A model generated the notes under the pieces. It saw only the letters and a program-made list of their open reading frames with translations, did not search any database and was not told the origin of the DNA. 64,000 bases of DNA, from NCBI GenBank assembly GCA_964400015.1, contig CAYNRR010000001.1:113275-177274 (forward strand). The letters run 5' to 3'. Shown here piece after piece: positions 13,101 through 20,883 of this stretch (the first letter of the stretch is position 1; each line of letters begins with the position of its first letter). The stretch is from an uncultured Eubacteriales bacterium (GTDB lineage: Bacteria; Bacillota; Clostridia; TANB77; UBA1234). The position numbers were made by a program, and so were the translations under genes.

Positions 13101-15182
13101 ACCTTTGGCTATATATGTTAGTCCTATATTTTGATATTTACTTGCTTCTTCATTAGTCCAACCTGCTATTGTTACGCCTTGATCAATATACGTAGCATTT
13201 TCAACAGTGCTTACTGAATCAGAACCGACAAGTTCAAGGATTGGCTTAATTCTGCTAGCACCTAAGATTGGTCCTAAATCTGTAATCTCATAAAAAGCTT
13301 TGGCAACTTGTGGTGCTACATAAAATATCGCATTTGTATTTTCAATTCCTGTATCTGACGAAACTTCCATTATGTATGACTGCGAAGGTGCTCTTCTTAA
13401 TGAAATTATTCGTGTAAGGTTTGACATGTTACCAAACATAGAAGTACCAGTAAGTCTGTCAAAGCCTGATGGTAATACCAAGGTTTCTAATGAACTACAG
13501 TGAGAAAACATGTAATTCATTGTTGTTACATTGCTTGTATCAAAGTTTGTACCAAAATTCAAATTTTTCAAAGAAGTACAGTGAGAAAACATCCAGTTCA
13601 TGTTAGTTACATTGCTTGTATCAAACTTATCGCCTAAGTTTAGTTCTGTTAAGGAACTGCACTCGTAAAACATATTACTCATGTCTGTTACATTTTCTGT
13701 GTTAAATTTTTCTCCCAAGTTTAATTCTGTTAAGGAACTACATGTAGCAAACATACAATGCATACTTTTTACATTACTCGTATTGAAATTTTTTCCCAAA
13801 TTCAGTTCTGTCAATGAATTACACTCTTGAAACATAAGATACATATATGTTACATTGCTGGTATCAAAGTTTTCTCCCAAATTCAACTTTTTTAAAGAAT
13901 TACAGTACAAAAACATGCCATACATATCTGTCACATTGCTAGTATCCAGCAACTCTATTCCTTCTATTTCTTTAACGTTAGTATAATTTTTAAACAACAG
14001 TCTACCTGATGCAAGTTTTATTTGTGTGTTTGCTACTATGTATTGAGCATAATACTGTATTCCATTATTCTTTACCGATGGTACTAAGTATGATGTTACT
14101 GTGTTTGGTGCACTTGTTGATGATACATCCCAACTATCAGCGATATTTGTTGGTACTTTATTTGTAAATATTACTTTTGTTATAAGGTTTGTAGTATATT
14201 CAGTTTTTCCCGCTCTATATGCACCAATCACAACATCTCCATTTTCTCTCTCCATCAATTCACTTTGTGTAGTCGCATATACGCTTATATTCTCTCCTAG
14301 TTGTGTTGTTATGTTGCCTACAAGTTCTGTTTCAACAAATATTGTTATATTTTTATCAACACTTAATATGTTACACACTTTTCCTTTTTCATTTTCTGTT
14401 ATTGTTATTGCACTATCTCCAGATGCAAGTGTTGATTCTATGCTTATTATCTCATAATCATCATTAGGAGCAATATTAAAGTTTAATGCTGTTCCTTGTG
14501 CTACTGTTGTGTTTCCTACTATTTCTTCTCCGTTTGTATAAAATACTTTGTAGTTTTCACCGTCAAATGTTATTTTTCTTGTATTTACTGTGATGATTAT
14601 ATATGTAGAGAAACTGCCTGTTGTAAATTCTATTTCTTCTGCTGTTAATTTGCTTATTGGCAATATCTCATAGTTTTCGTTGTTCATAATATGCATAAGT
14701 GCATATGTTTTTGAATCGTCTATGTCAAGGTTCATGTCTAAGTTTGAAAGTTTTACTTTTACTTTTTGCCCATACGCAGTTGGTTGATATTTTAGGTTTT
14801 CATTTGTTACATCGATATCGAATGCGTCTACTACTTGTTCTGGTAAAATATCTTTTTTATAGCTTTGTGCTAATGATACTGCGTCTTCTTTATTTAGTTT
14901 AGCAACTTCTACTTGCGAATTTTTGATTAGTACACCTGTGACTTGAACTTTTTCATTTGTAGAAGTTTGTTCCGATTCTATCTCATCATATTCTACGTAG
15001 TTTGAGAAAGGAAGCTTTTCACTACACAAGTCACAAATCATATCGATGTCACTATCGATATGTTCGCAAGATATTAACTTATTTTTTTCAGACTTTCTTA
15101 TAAAGCCTGCTCCTATTCCAGCCGTGGCTACCAGCACCACTATGCTCATTAAAATTAAGATAATCTTGTTCTTTTTCATCAT
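4107..15182 (-). CDS. Giant (3,691 aa) BspA-family / DUF285-repeat surface protein (putative adhesin)
   Basis: An N-terminal signal anchor MMKKNKIILILMSIVVLVATAGIGAG is followed by a Cys cluster. There are four tandem modules, each an Ig-like segment, then about seven 27-aa repeats LNLGxKFDTSNVTxMxxMFxxCxSLxE (DUF285/TIGR02167-type), then a conserved roughly 250-aa segment. The C-terminal part has beta-helix-like, Ig-like (YQWYKDG) and Listeria/Bacteroides Flg_new repeats (GYNFTSWN...LYATW). No LPXTG motif is present. Confidence 0.8.
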   Translation of the reverse strand: MMKKNKIILILMSIVVLVATAGIGAGFIRKSEKNKLISCEHIDSDIDMICDLCSEKLPFSNYVEYDEIESEQTSTNEKVQVTGVLIKNSQVEVAKLNKEDAVSLAQSYKKDILPEQVVDAFDIDVTNENLKYQPTAYGQKVKVKLSNLDMNLDIDDSKTYALMHIMNNENYEILPISKLTAEEIEFTTGSFSTYIIITVNTRKITFDGENYKVFYTNGEEIVGNTTVAQGTALNFNIAPNDDYEIISIESTLASGDSAITITENEKGKVCNILSVDKNITIFVETELVGNITTQLGENISVYATTQSELMERENGDVVIGAYRAGKTEYTTNLITKVIFTNKVPTNIADSWDVSSTSAPNTVTSYLVPSVKNNGIQYYAQYIVANTQIKLASGRLLFKNYTNVKEIEGIELLDTSNVTDMYGMFLYCNSLKKLNLGENFDTSNVTYMYLMFQECNSLTELNLGKNFNTSNVKSMHCMFATCSSLTELNLGEKFNTENVTDMSNMFYECSSLTELNLGDKFDTSNVTNMNWMFSHCTSLKNLNFGTNFDTSNVTTMNYMFSHCSSLETLVLPSGFDRLTGTSMFGNMSNLTRIISLRRAPSQSYIMEVSSDTGIENTNAIFYVAPQVAKAFYEITDLGPILGASRIKPILELVGSDSVSTVENATYIDQGVTIAGWTNEEASKYQNIGLTYIAKGLPVDTSTLGTKTITYNLQYTDSTNTTSTFDTLTRTVTVNVAPQLMGRDVVNGYVSYEYAIGAYRAGKTEYSPDLITKVVFTNTVPSNATVSWDASSTSAPGTVTSYLVPSTIIDGAQCYAQYFVATDTINARDTYILFKGYSNLTQIENIEYLTTNNATDMYGMFFDCKKLTTLDISKFDTSNVTNMNFMFYNCTSLKELNLGENFDTGNVTSMACMFYNCNSLKELNLGGKFDTSKVTSMVNMFANCNSLTKLNIGTNFDTSQVTNMSSMFYNCYLLKELNLGRKFDTSKVANMKSMFAKCNSLTKLNIGTQFDTNQVTDMSYMFYNCNSLTELNLGEKFDTSQVTSMVNMFANCNSLAKLNIGTNFDTSNVIDMSWMFGNCTSLTELNFGKNFVRSKVTTRMSYMFYNCNSLKELNLGINFDTSKVTTMDSMFYGCSSLTELNLGEKFDTSQVTVMSYMFYNCNSLKELNLGINFDTSKVTNMEAMFYRCTSLTKLNLGDKFDTSNVEQMYRMFSGCTSLETLVLPSSFDRLTGSYMFDNTPKLTRIISLRSVSSESDLMQIATNNGLSGQKAILYVPTASDEALYEANTTYISVLGAEKIKPFMSLVGNNPDTVNVGTEYVDPGATVFDWNNANATNYNDLGYILEVTGLPIDTSTLGDKTITYTLKYTNKTNITSIIDTLTRTVTVSVAPQLMARESYDYIDGKAVYYALGARRANEKDYTADRITKIIFTNTVPSNATVNWDASLSSAAGTVTSYLVPSVIKNSTQYYDQYIVAKSEIKVTSGKNLFCKYTKITEIKGMELIDTSNVANMNGMFNYCNSLTELNFGEKFDTSNVANMDSMFHYCNSLTELNFGEKFDTSNVTDMGGMFYCCSSLTKLNLGDKFDTSNVIYMYDMFGGCNFLTELNLGEKFDTSNVTDMCEMFEACESLTELNLGEKFDTSNVIDMSDMFYYCNSLVELNLGEKFDTSNVTDMEIMFGECYSLEQLNLGDKFDTSQVTNMYGMFCGCYSLEQLNLGENFDTRNVTDMEIMFCECYSLEQLNLGDKFDTSQVTDMSNMFGWCESLAELNLGEKFNTSNVTYMSGMFEECSSLIELNLGENFDTSNVTNMNDMFYYCNSLTELNLGDKFDTSQVTDMGYMFDYCTSLETLVLPSNFDRLTGTYMFGNMTKLTRIISLRSVSSESDLMQIATNNGLSGKKAILYVPTASDEALYEANSTYISVLGVEKIKPFMSLLGANPAKIGLDTEYVDAGATVFDWNSTNAANYNNLGYTVEVTGLPVDTSTLGTKTITYNLQYTDSANMTTRIDKLTRTVTVANIAPQLMARESYDYIDGEFVYYALGAKRANEKDYTADRITKIIFTNTVPSNTTAKWDVSAENATGTVTSYLVPSVVKDGTQYYDQYIVAKSEIKVTSGENLFNKYTKITEIKGMELLDTRDVTNMFKMFYDCDSLTNLNLGENFNTSNVTDMYGMFEECRSLTELNLGDNFDTSNVSDMYGMFGACKSLVELNLGDNFDTSNVIDMGYMFSDCWSLKELSLGKNFDTSNVVNMHAMFGGCSSLTELNLGEKFYTSNVEDMNYMFCSCYVLTQLNLGQNFDTSNVTGMDEMFSLCYSLTKLNLGEKFDTSNVTDMCEMFYCCESLTELNLGDNFDTSNVTDMYSMFNECYSLTELNLGEKFNTNNVADMSYMFADCTSLEIIQLGKDFAWLDKGQFEDCDSLKAIITERQITSPSDAIKLPENTGLKDLPNAILYVLDPVSETNYENAENYESELGADRIRPILELQGEEYVVMKPGEIYTESGATVAGLTVANSDIYTGLGYTLSSTSTVKENVSGRYEVVWTVYKPTGNALMSVKRDVYVRYIPTVPTITVTQGATQISSGNWANGNVVVTIGGSEYTEGAIEYIYSINGSEWTTGNTFNYEQETLSTIIRAKARGVADNEDISSEATFELKLDKTVPEIVTHERIRYDGVNEVISLVTYDGGISSGIEAYAISATNDISTATWQTRNELLIPENGTWYTWVRDNAGNVSEVYTLTTNEKITVEVTSDGKTEYYSDVYKAIETLNSKGVATATIKLLENNMISSDFENSVIKEIVIYADSDYTLDLNGKELVCNDGIVVRGKLTIANSAENMSYIKHEIGLTTTSTISVEGELIIDGNVRIESASNAGHAIEVLANGKAELRNGKVISNNSEATIHNVGTLTLGKEDNTVSLEVPYIEGANVVVDNDATLNIYDGKLVSTNKKITLDGKATTLQSGYHLVENETETIKEMYLETNDTWIEYWDISKTAGVDNVYAGIKIVEGDGITDNTRYKLVVGGTGKAKSFVLEYIDDKILTDIPWFDKYSETIVELDLEEGVTRYGDYTFYRLINVESLKLPDSLEAIGASAFAKMRALKGNVNIPKNVTTIANDNPFYDTMLTSFTVDAENTRFKVVNDTLYGGNKLIAYPTARTNATTTVIDGTVSIGVSAFAKNQYLKTVTLPDTLEIIDWGAFETTAIEEITIPASVNKIQGHAFIYCRSLKAVYLKSTELGESSSKSRFIDLARNSIIYTESKAVADLLTPDVEYTAERTKVYYPFEITTTLADAEIARGDTLHFEVEVIDGYIADDVVYQWYKDGVAIPGANSLSYTKTSFTNADEGVYKLVVRSAYQSNGTYYYTVESNKATISLGDFEAPEEVNSSVNYNEDGTATITVTGKDKETGVNEIIVNGNPIEIEKNTETGAATGKFDISKSGDYTVEVKDYEGNTTAITITAYEIHYKPNATTYTGKTNYQIKIKDTDIRIRANGFEKAGYNFTSWNTKEDNTGKTYKANDLYTGNEDMTLYATWNVLEYVVRFYNDNGINGEQLVSEATYPYGATITVPEEQYKIATEIEGDKYRIYYHKDNWTAVRTDANSKEKPVNITSKNKDTITMVDSNVNYYASYTYKDYSTKQSTLKVDGKTQITGNEVGIINNEGLVIIGENSTQTSTPTITGNTSIQNNNGIVMWYQANFIGPTQGLLLH

Positions 15183-15290
15183 TAGTTAGTCATCCTTTCA
15201 GTTTAAAAGTTTAAAACCTTTCACTAAGTAAAATATTGTAGTTTAAAACTGTGTTGCACATTCCGTTTAAAGCTATTAAGGTCTTTTATC
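14450..15290. repeat. Near-identical duplicate (about 840 bp) of the 5' end and leader of giant gene 2 (partner at about 52810..53650); it includes a remnant of the DGR RT 3' end
   Basis: The first ~290 codons of both giant genes, the RBS and about 100 bp of leader are essentially identical. The embedded plus-strand ORFs 14699..14902 and 53058..53261 are identical. Positions 15190..15290 encode the last ~23 codons of the RT (..ALNGMCNTVLNYNILLSERF*) although no RT gene is present at this locus. Confidence 0.9.
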
Positions 15291-15585
15291 CTATTCTCGC
15301 TAAATAAATTATATTTATTATTTTTTATCAAATCAACATCACACACGCGCGTATGTATGAATATATGTAGGGTTGCAAAAATTTCTGTTTATTTTATTCT
15401 TACGGAAGTATTACCTTTATTTATATTTTTTCTGAAGCGAGCTTCACATATTAAATTTTAATTTATCTTTAATTACAAAGTAATTACAAACGGCGTAATA
15501 GTTTTGTAACAAATTATAAAAACACTTATTCCCCTAGAACTTTAGAAACTCATATATTTTTTATATGGACCATTTTTTATTCTCA

Positions 15586-15640
15586 CACATTTTCCTAACG
15601 ACTTTTTAAAGAACTCGCACATTTTCCTAACGACTTTTTA
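15586..15640 (-). promoter_or_regulatory. Two 23-bp perfect direct repeats (TAAAAAGTCGTTAGGAAAATGTG on the minus strand) spaced 32 bp apart in the giant gene 1 upstream region; a candidate regulator-binding site
   Basis: Exact repeats at 15586-15608 and 15618-15640, about 400 bp upstream of the gene 1 start. Confidence 0.35.
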
Positions 15641-15682
15641 CATTTTTTGTATTTTTGATATTTTTTCGCAGATATATTGCAT

Positions 15683-15720
15683 ACAAAAAATCCCACTCTG
15701 CTTTCAGAGTGAGATTTGAC
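15683..15720 (-). terminator. Rho-independent terminator after trpS
   Basis: Stem TCCCACTCTG / CAGAGTGAGA (one mismatch) followed by a T-run on the minus strand. Confidence 0.55.
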
Positions 15721-15807
15721 TTGGTTTTACCTTATATTCATTTCAGCCTTTTATCTTTTATTTATTTTCCCTTTAATTAGTTTTTCCTTTTACTGGGAAA
15801 AAAGAGA

Positions 15808-15833
15808 CATTTAACGGACGTCCCTAGTGTCTC
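15808..15833 (-). repeat. Copy 2 of the 26-nt motif; it overlaps the trpS stop codon
   Basis: ACATTTAACGGACGTCCCTAGTGT is identical to copy 1. CAC-TAG supplies the ...LRH* end of trpS. Confidence 0.8.
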
Positions 15834-16810
15834 AAGCCGATTTTATTTTTCATCAATTCGTACTTTGCTTTTGCTATTTTTCTTGATGCTTCCATTCCGT
15901 CATTTAAGATTTTATCTAGTTCGTCGCTATTTATTAGTTCGTTATATCTTGTTTGGATAGCTTCAAACTTTTCTATAACTACATCTGCAACGGCTTGCTT
16001 GAATGTGCCGTAGTTTGCATCTGCAAATTTTGCAACTACTTCTTCTTTTGTTTCTCCTGTCATGCTTGTATAAATATTTATTAAATTACTTATTCCTGGT
16101 TGATTTTCAGGATCATAATTTACTTTGCCTATTGAGTCTGTTACTGCTGAGTTTATTTTTTTACGAATTGTTTTTACATCGTCTAAAATTCTTATAACAC
16201 CTTTTTGACTTTCTGATGATTTACTCATTTTTTTGTTTGGTTCTTGTAAGTCCATTATTTTTGTACCAGATTCTCTTATAAGTGGTTCTGGTACTACAAA
16301 TGTTTCACCATACTTTTTGTTAAATCTTATTGCTATATCTCTAGCAATTTCAACATGTTGTTTTTGGTCGATACCAACAGGAACATATTTAGTATCATAT
16401 GCTAAGATATCTGCTGCCATAAGTACTGGATATGTAAATAGTCCTGATGTGAAATTTGCATGCTTTGAACTTTTATCCTTAAACTGTGTCATTCTGCTAA
16501 GTTCTCCAAAGTATGTATTACACTCAAGCATCCATGATATATTTGCATGATATTCATTGTCCGATTGTAAAAATATCATATTCTTTTCTGGATCAATTCC
16601 ACAAGCTATATAAATTGCAAGCAATTGTTTTATATTTTGTGCTAGTGTATCGCTATCTATCGGAACTGTTATAGCGTGCATATCTGCAATAAATACAATC
16701 GATTTATATTTTTCTTGGTTTTCAACCATTTGTTTAATAGCACCTATATAATTTCCTAGTGTTATTATGCCCGTAGGTTGTAAACCTGTTAACATTATTT
16801 CCTTTCCCAT
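15824..16810 (-). CDS. trpS: Tryptophan--tRNA ligase
   Basis: Class I aaRS with the TrpRS N-terminal motif LTGLQPTG..TLGNYIG and KMSKS. GGAGG RBS. Confidence 0.85.
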   Translation of the reverse strand: MGKEIMLTGLQPTGIITLGNYIGAIKQMVENQEKYKSIVFIADMHAITVPIDSDTLAQNIKQLLAIYIACGIDPEKNMIFLQSDNEYHANISWMLECNTYFGELSRMTQFKDKSSKHANFTSGLFTYPVLMAADILAYDTKYVPVGIDQKQHVEIARDIAIRFNKKYGETFVVPEPLIRESGTKIMDLQEPNKKMSKSSESQKGVIRILDDVKTIRKKINSAVTDSIGKVNYDPENQPGISNLINIYTSMTGETKEEVVAKFADANYGTFKQAVADVVIEKFEAIQTRYNELINSDELDKILNDGMEASRKIAKAKYELMKNKIGLRH

Positions 16811-16832
16811 AAAAAACCTCCTATATACAGTT

Positions 16833-17585
16833 TTATATTCTATAAAAGTTTTTCGCGTTATTTAATGTGATTTCAGCCAAAGTTTCAAGTGACATTTCTC
16901 TCAAATCTGCAACTTTTTGTGCTGTATAAACCACGTAAGCTGCTTCATTTCTTTCACCTCTATGTGGTTCTGGAGTAAGATATGGTGCGTCTGTTTCAAT
17001 AAGTAACCTATCTGCTGGAACTATCTTTGCCACTTCTGTTAATGAACGTGCATTTTTAAAAGTGACTGGTCCTGCAATCGATACGTAGGCTCCTAACTTT
17101 AATACTTCTTTTAAAACTTCTACACTTGAAGAAAAACAGTGCATTACAAAGCCATTTTCAATCACATTGTTTTTCAAAATTTCAAGCATATCCATATCTG
17201 CATCTCTACTATGAATTACCACTGGTTTTCCTAATTCATTGGCTATTTTTATTTGTTTAACAAATAACCTTTTTTGACGTTCCTTATCGCCGCCCCAGTG
17301 ATAATCTAAACCTATCTCGCCAATTGCAACAACTTTTGGATCTTTCGCAAGTTCATATATAAAATCAAAATTTACATATTCATCGATATTTTCTGGATGC
17401 AATCCGACAGTTGCATAAACTCCATCATACTTATTTGCATCTTTAACAGCTTCACGCGAAGTAAATTCATTGTAACCAATAGTAGTCATGAACATAACTT
17501 GATTTTTGTTAGCATTTGCAACAATTTCATCACGTATTCCATTATATTGTTCATCCATCAAATGCGTATGTGAATCAAAAAACAT
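16833..17585 (-). CDS. tatD: TatD family metal-dependent DNase/hydrolase
   Basis: MFFDSHTHL...GEIGLDYHW...ETDAPYL motifs. Confidence 0.8.
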   Translation of the reverse strand: MFFDSHTHLMDEQYNGIRDEIVANANKNQVMFMTTIGYNEFTSREAVKDANKYDGVYATVGLHPENIDEYVNFDFIYELAKDPKVVAIGEIGLDYHWGGDKERQKRLFVKQIKIANELGKPVVIHSRDADMDMLEILKNNVIENGFVMHCFSSSVEVLKEVLKLGAYVSIAGPVTFKNARSLTEVAKIVPADRLLIETDAPYLTPEPHRGERNEAAYVVYTAQKVADLREMSLETLAEITLNNAKNFYRI

Positions 17586-17621
17586 CAAGATTATTTCACT
17601 CCTCTCATATTATCAACATTA

Positions 17622-19640
17622 TTAACAAACTTCTGAGCCTTCTTCAATATCTCCATCTATTGTTACAAATTTAACAACTTCATCCTCACCAGCTGCAAGA
17701 ACCATACCTTGTGATTGAATTCCTTTTAGTCTCGCTGGTTTTAAATTAGCAACAATAACTACTTTTTTATCGATTAAATCTTCTGGAGCATAATATTTTT
17801 GAAGTCCAGCAACAATTTGTCTTTGTTCGTTTCCTAACGACACTTGAAGTTTCAATAGTTTTTCAGAACCTTCAACTCGTTCTGCTTCAATAACTTTTGC
17901 AACTTTTAATTTTATTTTATCTAGATAATCAATTGAAATTAGTTCATCTGTATTATCATTTTCTTGAGATTTGTCTTTGTTGTCAGCCTTTGCCTTAGCA
18001 GCTTTTGCTGCCTTTTCAGCCTCTTTTGCAGCATCAATTTTAGCAAATTCTTCAAGAACAACTTTTTCATCTAAACGTGTAAATAATACTTCAACATTTT
18101 CTAGTTTAATTCCAGCTTGAGCCTCAACAAAATTCCAAGTAGCTTTTTCAAGGCCAAATATTTTTCTTACTTTTTCTGAAGAAGCTGGCATAAATGGTTC
18201 CATAATATTTGAAATATTTAAAATCAAAGTTGCACATGTATAAATTGTATTATTAAAAGCATTCATATCTTCTTTAAATTGAATCCAAGGCTTTTGTTCA
18301 TCATAATATTTATTAGCCTCATCGATCAATCTAATTGCTTTATCTGAAGCTTCTTTGAAATCAAGTCTTTCAATCGCAGCACCGATTTCACTGTAAGCCT
18401 TTTCAATTAACGCTTTAACATTAGCATCTAATTCACCATTAGGAATTTCAGAAATGCCTTTAAATTTCAAAGTTCTATTAACAAAATTTCCATATTTGTT
18501 AGTAATTTCATTATTATGTGTTGCAACATATTCAGAAAGAGCAAAATTTGTATCTTTTCTTTCTGGTCCGTTGTTTATCAAATGGAATCTAATTGTATCT
18601 GAATTTAACTTTTCAACAACATCTAAAGCACTAATAGCGTTGCCTTTACTCTTAGAAGCTTTTTCATTATTAAAATTCAAGTATTCAGAAGAAACAATTG
18701 TATCAGGCAATTTAAAGCCATCTTTAAGTGAAAGCAATAGTCCTGTAAAAATAATACTATGGAATACGATATTATCTTTTCCATGAACCATATATACTTT
18801 ATCTGCATTTTTCCAATAATCTTCCCAGTTAAGACCCTTGTCTTCGCAAGCTTTCATAGTTGCTGTAATATATCCCAAAACAGCCTCAATCCATACATAC
18901 AATTTTTTATCATCGTATCCATCAACAGGAACATCAACTCCCCAAGACAAATCTCTTGTGATAGCTCTATCCTTTAATCCTTCGCGAAGATATTTTTCAG
19001 TTTCGTTTTGAGCATTAACTCTCCATTTGCTTTTATTCTCAGCAACAAACTTTTCAATTTCAGGTTGCAACTTTGAAAGTGCAATATATAAATTTTTATT
19101 ATCCTTTTGAACCGTTGGATTTCCACATTCTCTACAAGTAGCATTTACCATGTCTTCTTCAGTTGGTGCATAGCCACAATCACAGCAATCGCATTTGGTT
19201 AAATTGCCACACTTAGGACAAACTATTTGCAATTCTCTGTCTGCCATAAACTTATGGCAATGTTCGCAATATGCTTGAGGCTCAACTTTTTCAAAAATCG
19301 CCCCATTATCATAAATCTTCTTAATAATTTCTTTAACCTTTTCTTTATGATAATCAGTATCAGTCAAAGTATATAAATCATACGAAAAATTTAATCCCTC
19401 AAAAGATTTTACGAATAGCTCATGATACTTATCGCAAATCTCTTTTGCAGTAATTCCCTCTAACTTAGCACGTTCTGTAATTGGTGTGCCGTGGCAATCC
19501 GAACCAGAAACATACATTACTTCGTCGCCTTTTGCTCTGTGATATCTTGCAAGTAAATCACCACCAATTAAGCCTGCAACATGCCCTAAATGTAATTTAT
19601 AATTTGCATATGGCCAAGCGCCACCTATCAATACTCTCAT
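17622..19640 (-). CDS. metG: Methionine--tRNA ligase with a C-terminal tRNA-binding domain
   Basis: HLGH and KSKGN class I motifs, zinc-knuckle cysteines, and a C-terminal EMAP/Trbp111-like domain. Confidence 0.85.
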   Translation of the reverse strand: MRVLIGGAWPYANYKLHLGHVAGLIGGDLLARYHRAKGDEVMYVSGSDCHGTPITERAKLEGITAKEICDKYHELFVKSFEGLNFSYDLYTLTDTDYHKEKVKEIIKKIYDNGAIFEKVEPQAYCEHCHKFMADRELQIVCPKCGNLTKCDCCDCGYAPTEEDMVNATCRECGNPTVQKDNKNLYIALSKLQPEIEKFVAENKSKWRVNAQNETEKYLREGLKDRAITRDLSWGVDVPVDGYDDKKLYVWIEAVLGYITATMKACEDKGLNWEDYWKNADKVYMVHGKDNIVFHSIIFTGLLLSLKDGFKLPDTIVSSEYLNFNNEKASKSKGNAISALDVVEKLNSDTIRFHLINNGPERKDTNFALSEYVATHNNEITNKYGNFVNRTLKFKGISEIPNGELDANVKALIEKAYSEIGAAIERLDFKEASDKAIRLIDEANKYYDEQKPWIQFKEDMNAFNNTIYTCATLILNISNIMEPFMPASSEKVRKIFGLEKATWNFVEAQAGIKLENVEVLFTRLDEKVVLEEFAKIDAAKEAEKAAKAAKAKADNKDKSQENDNTDELISIDYLDKIKLKVAKVIEAERVEGSEKLLKLQVSLGNEQRQIVAGLQKYYAPEDLIDKKVVIVANLKPARLKGIQSQGMVLAAGEDEVVKFVTIDGDIEEGSEVC

Positions 19641-19673
19641 GAATATAATCCCTCTTTCTATATATACTCTATT

Positions 19674-20063
19674 TTATTTTTTACTTATAACAACTGTAGC
19701 AATAGCGAAAGAATCATCATGTGATAAACTAATATCAACATCTTCATCTGCAATGCCTTTGCTTTCAACAATTTCTCTAAGTTTGCCATGAAAAGCTAAA
19801 TTAGGCTTTCCATTTTCATTTCTAACAACCTCAAAGTCACGCCAACTTACACCTTCCGATACATTTGGCGAAAGTGCTTTATAAGCTGCCTCTTTTGCAG
19901 CAAACCTCGCAGCATAACTTTGAAACTTAGACATTCGCCTAGACTCACAATAGCTGATTTCCTCGTCCGTATATATTCTTTTCAAAAAAGTGTCTCCAAA
20001 CTCTGTAATCGAATTTTTAATTCTATCCACGCTTACAATATCTGTTCCACAAAAAACTGCCAC
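19674..20063 (-). CDS. acpS: Holo-[acyl-carrier-protein] synthase
   Basis: GTDIVSVDRI and overall 4'-phosphopantetheinyl transferase similarity; about 125 aa. Confidence 0.7.
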   Translation of the reverse strand: MAVFCGTDIVSVDRIKNSITEFGDTFLKRIYTDEEISYCESRRMSKFQSYAARFAAKEAAYKALSPNVSEGVSWRDFEVVRNENGKPNLAFHGKLREIVESKGIADEDVDISLSHDDSFAIATVVISKK

Positions 20064-20118
20064 ACTTTCACCTCCTCATAACTAGTTAGAAATTATATCA
20101 TCAAAAGCACAATTTGTC

Positions 20119-20145
20119 CATTTTTTAAAATATATAGTTCATTTT
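20119..20145. repeat. Left copy of a 27-bp perfect direct repeat, CATTTTTTAAAATATATAGTTCATTTT, bracketing the toxIN unit
   Basis: Exact match to 20923..20949. Confidence 0.85.
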
Positions 20146-20173
20146 AAAATTTGTTCGCACCAGTCTTTTTACA

Positions 20174-20674
20174 TTATTTGTCATTTCTTTCTTTTATGTA
20201 TTCTAAGCACTTCTTTTCCAATATTTCAAAATTACATATATTAAATTTTTCTCTAGTCCTTTTATTCAGACCCAATTTATATACCATATTAGCTAATTTT
20301 TTTATTTTTTCCACATTTAAATTACAATATTTTAATTCTTTCATTAACAGGTTTCTATATTTCTCGTTTTCCTTTGAAAAGTCTTTTTGGCTTAAGTATT
20401 CTATTGGACATGGAAACATGAATGAAAATCTAAGAGAAGAAATTGCTTTTATTTGATTTGTCTTTTTATCTTTTTCTTTTATCAAAAATACTGTATGAGC
20501 TTTTTTGTTATATGAAGATACTGGAGCAAAATAATTAAAATTGTTAATTGTGAGAACTATTCCACAAAAAAATTTCTTATGTTTTTCATAATCTATATCT
20601 GGTATTTTATCATCTGCATTTTCTTTTAAATATTTTATATATTCACTATCTACTTCATAAAATTTTAATTTCAA
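20174..20674 (-). CDS. toxN: Type III toxin-antitoxin ToxN/AbiQ-family endoribonuclease toxin
   Basis: (M/L)KLKFYEVDSEYIKYLKE...FCGIVLTINNFNYFAPVSSYNKKAH aligns closely with the ToxN/AbiQ N-terminus. TTG start with an AGGAAG RBS. Confidence 0.8.
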   Translation of the reverse strand: MKLKFYEVDSEYIKYLKENADDKIPDIDYEKHKKFFCGIVLTINNFNYFAPVSSYNKKAHTVFLIKEKDKKTNQIKAISSLRFSFMFPCPIEYLSQKDFSKENEKYRNLLMKELKYCNLNVEKIKKLANMVYKLGLNKRTREKFNICNFEILEKKCLEYIKERNDK

Positions 20675-20687
20675 ATCTAACTTCCTT

Positions 20688-20730
20688 TCAAAAATAAAAA
20701 TAGGGAGCTAAAACATACGTTTTAACCCCC
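20688..20730 (-). terminator. Hairpin plus T-run between the ToxI-like repeats and toxN (attenuator-like)
   Basis: On the minus strand, GGGGGTTAAAAC-gtat-GTTTTAGCTCCC is followed by TATTTTTATTTTTG. Confidence 0.45.
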
Positions 20731-20745
20731 ATTAAATTACGCATT

Positions 20746-20868
20746 TTGTTGTGAGCTGCGAAACACTCGAATATATCGCTCGCACTTATTATGGGCTGCG
20801 AAACACCCAAATATATAGCTCGCCATTTATTATGAGTAGCGAAACACTCGGATTACTTTAAAGTATCC
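20746..20868 (-). ncRNA. toxI: ToxI-like antitoxin RNA: about 2.7 tandem 41-nt repeats
   Basis: Tandem imperfect repeats (plus strand ..GCTGCGAAACAC(T/C)C.AATATATCGCTCGC.. with period 41) lie immediately upstream of toxN. This is the canonical type III toxin-antitoxin arrangement. Confidence 0.65.
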
Positions 20869-20883
20869 TTTATTAGTATACTA

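Noticed and set aside
15183-15823. Riboswitch (for example c-di-GMP) or T-box leader upstream of giant gene 1 or trpS; M-box upstream of mgtC (22220..22606)
   Set aside because: No recognisable conserved riboswitch core motifs or T-box specifier and antiterminator elements were found by eye. trpS is preceded directly by tatD with a 22-bp gap, and the 640-bp region belongs to the gene 1 leader. A covariance-model scan would be needed to exclude these formally.
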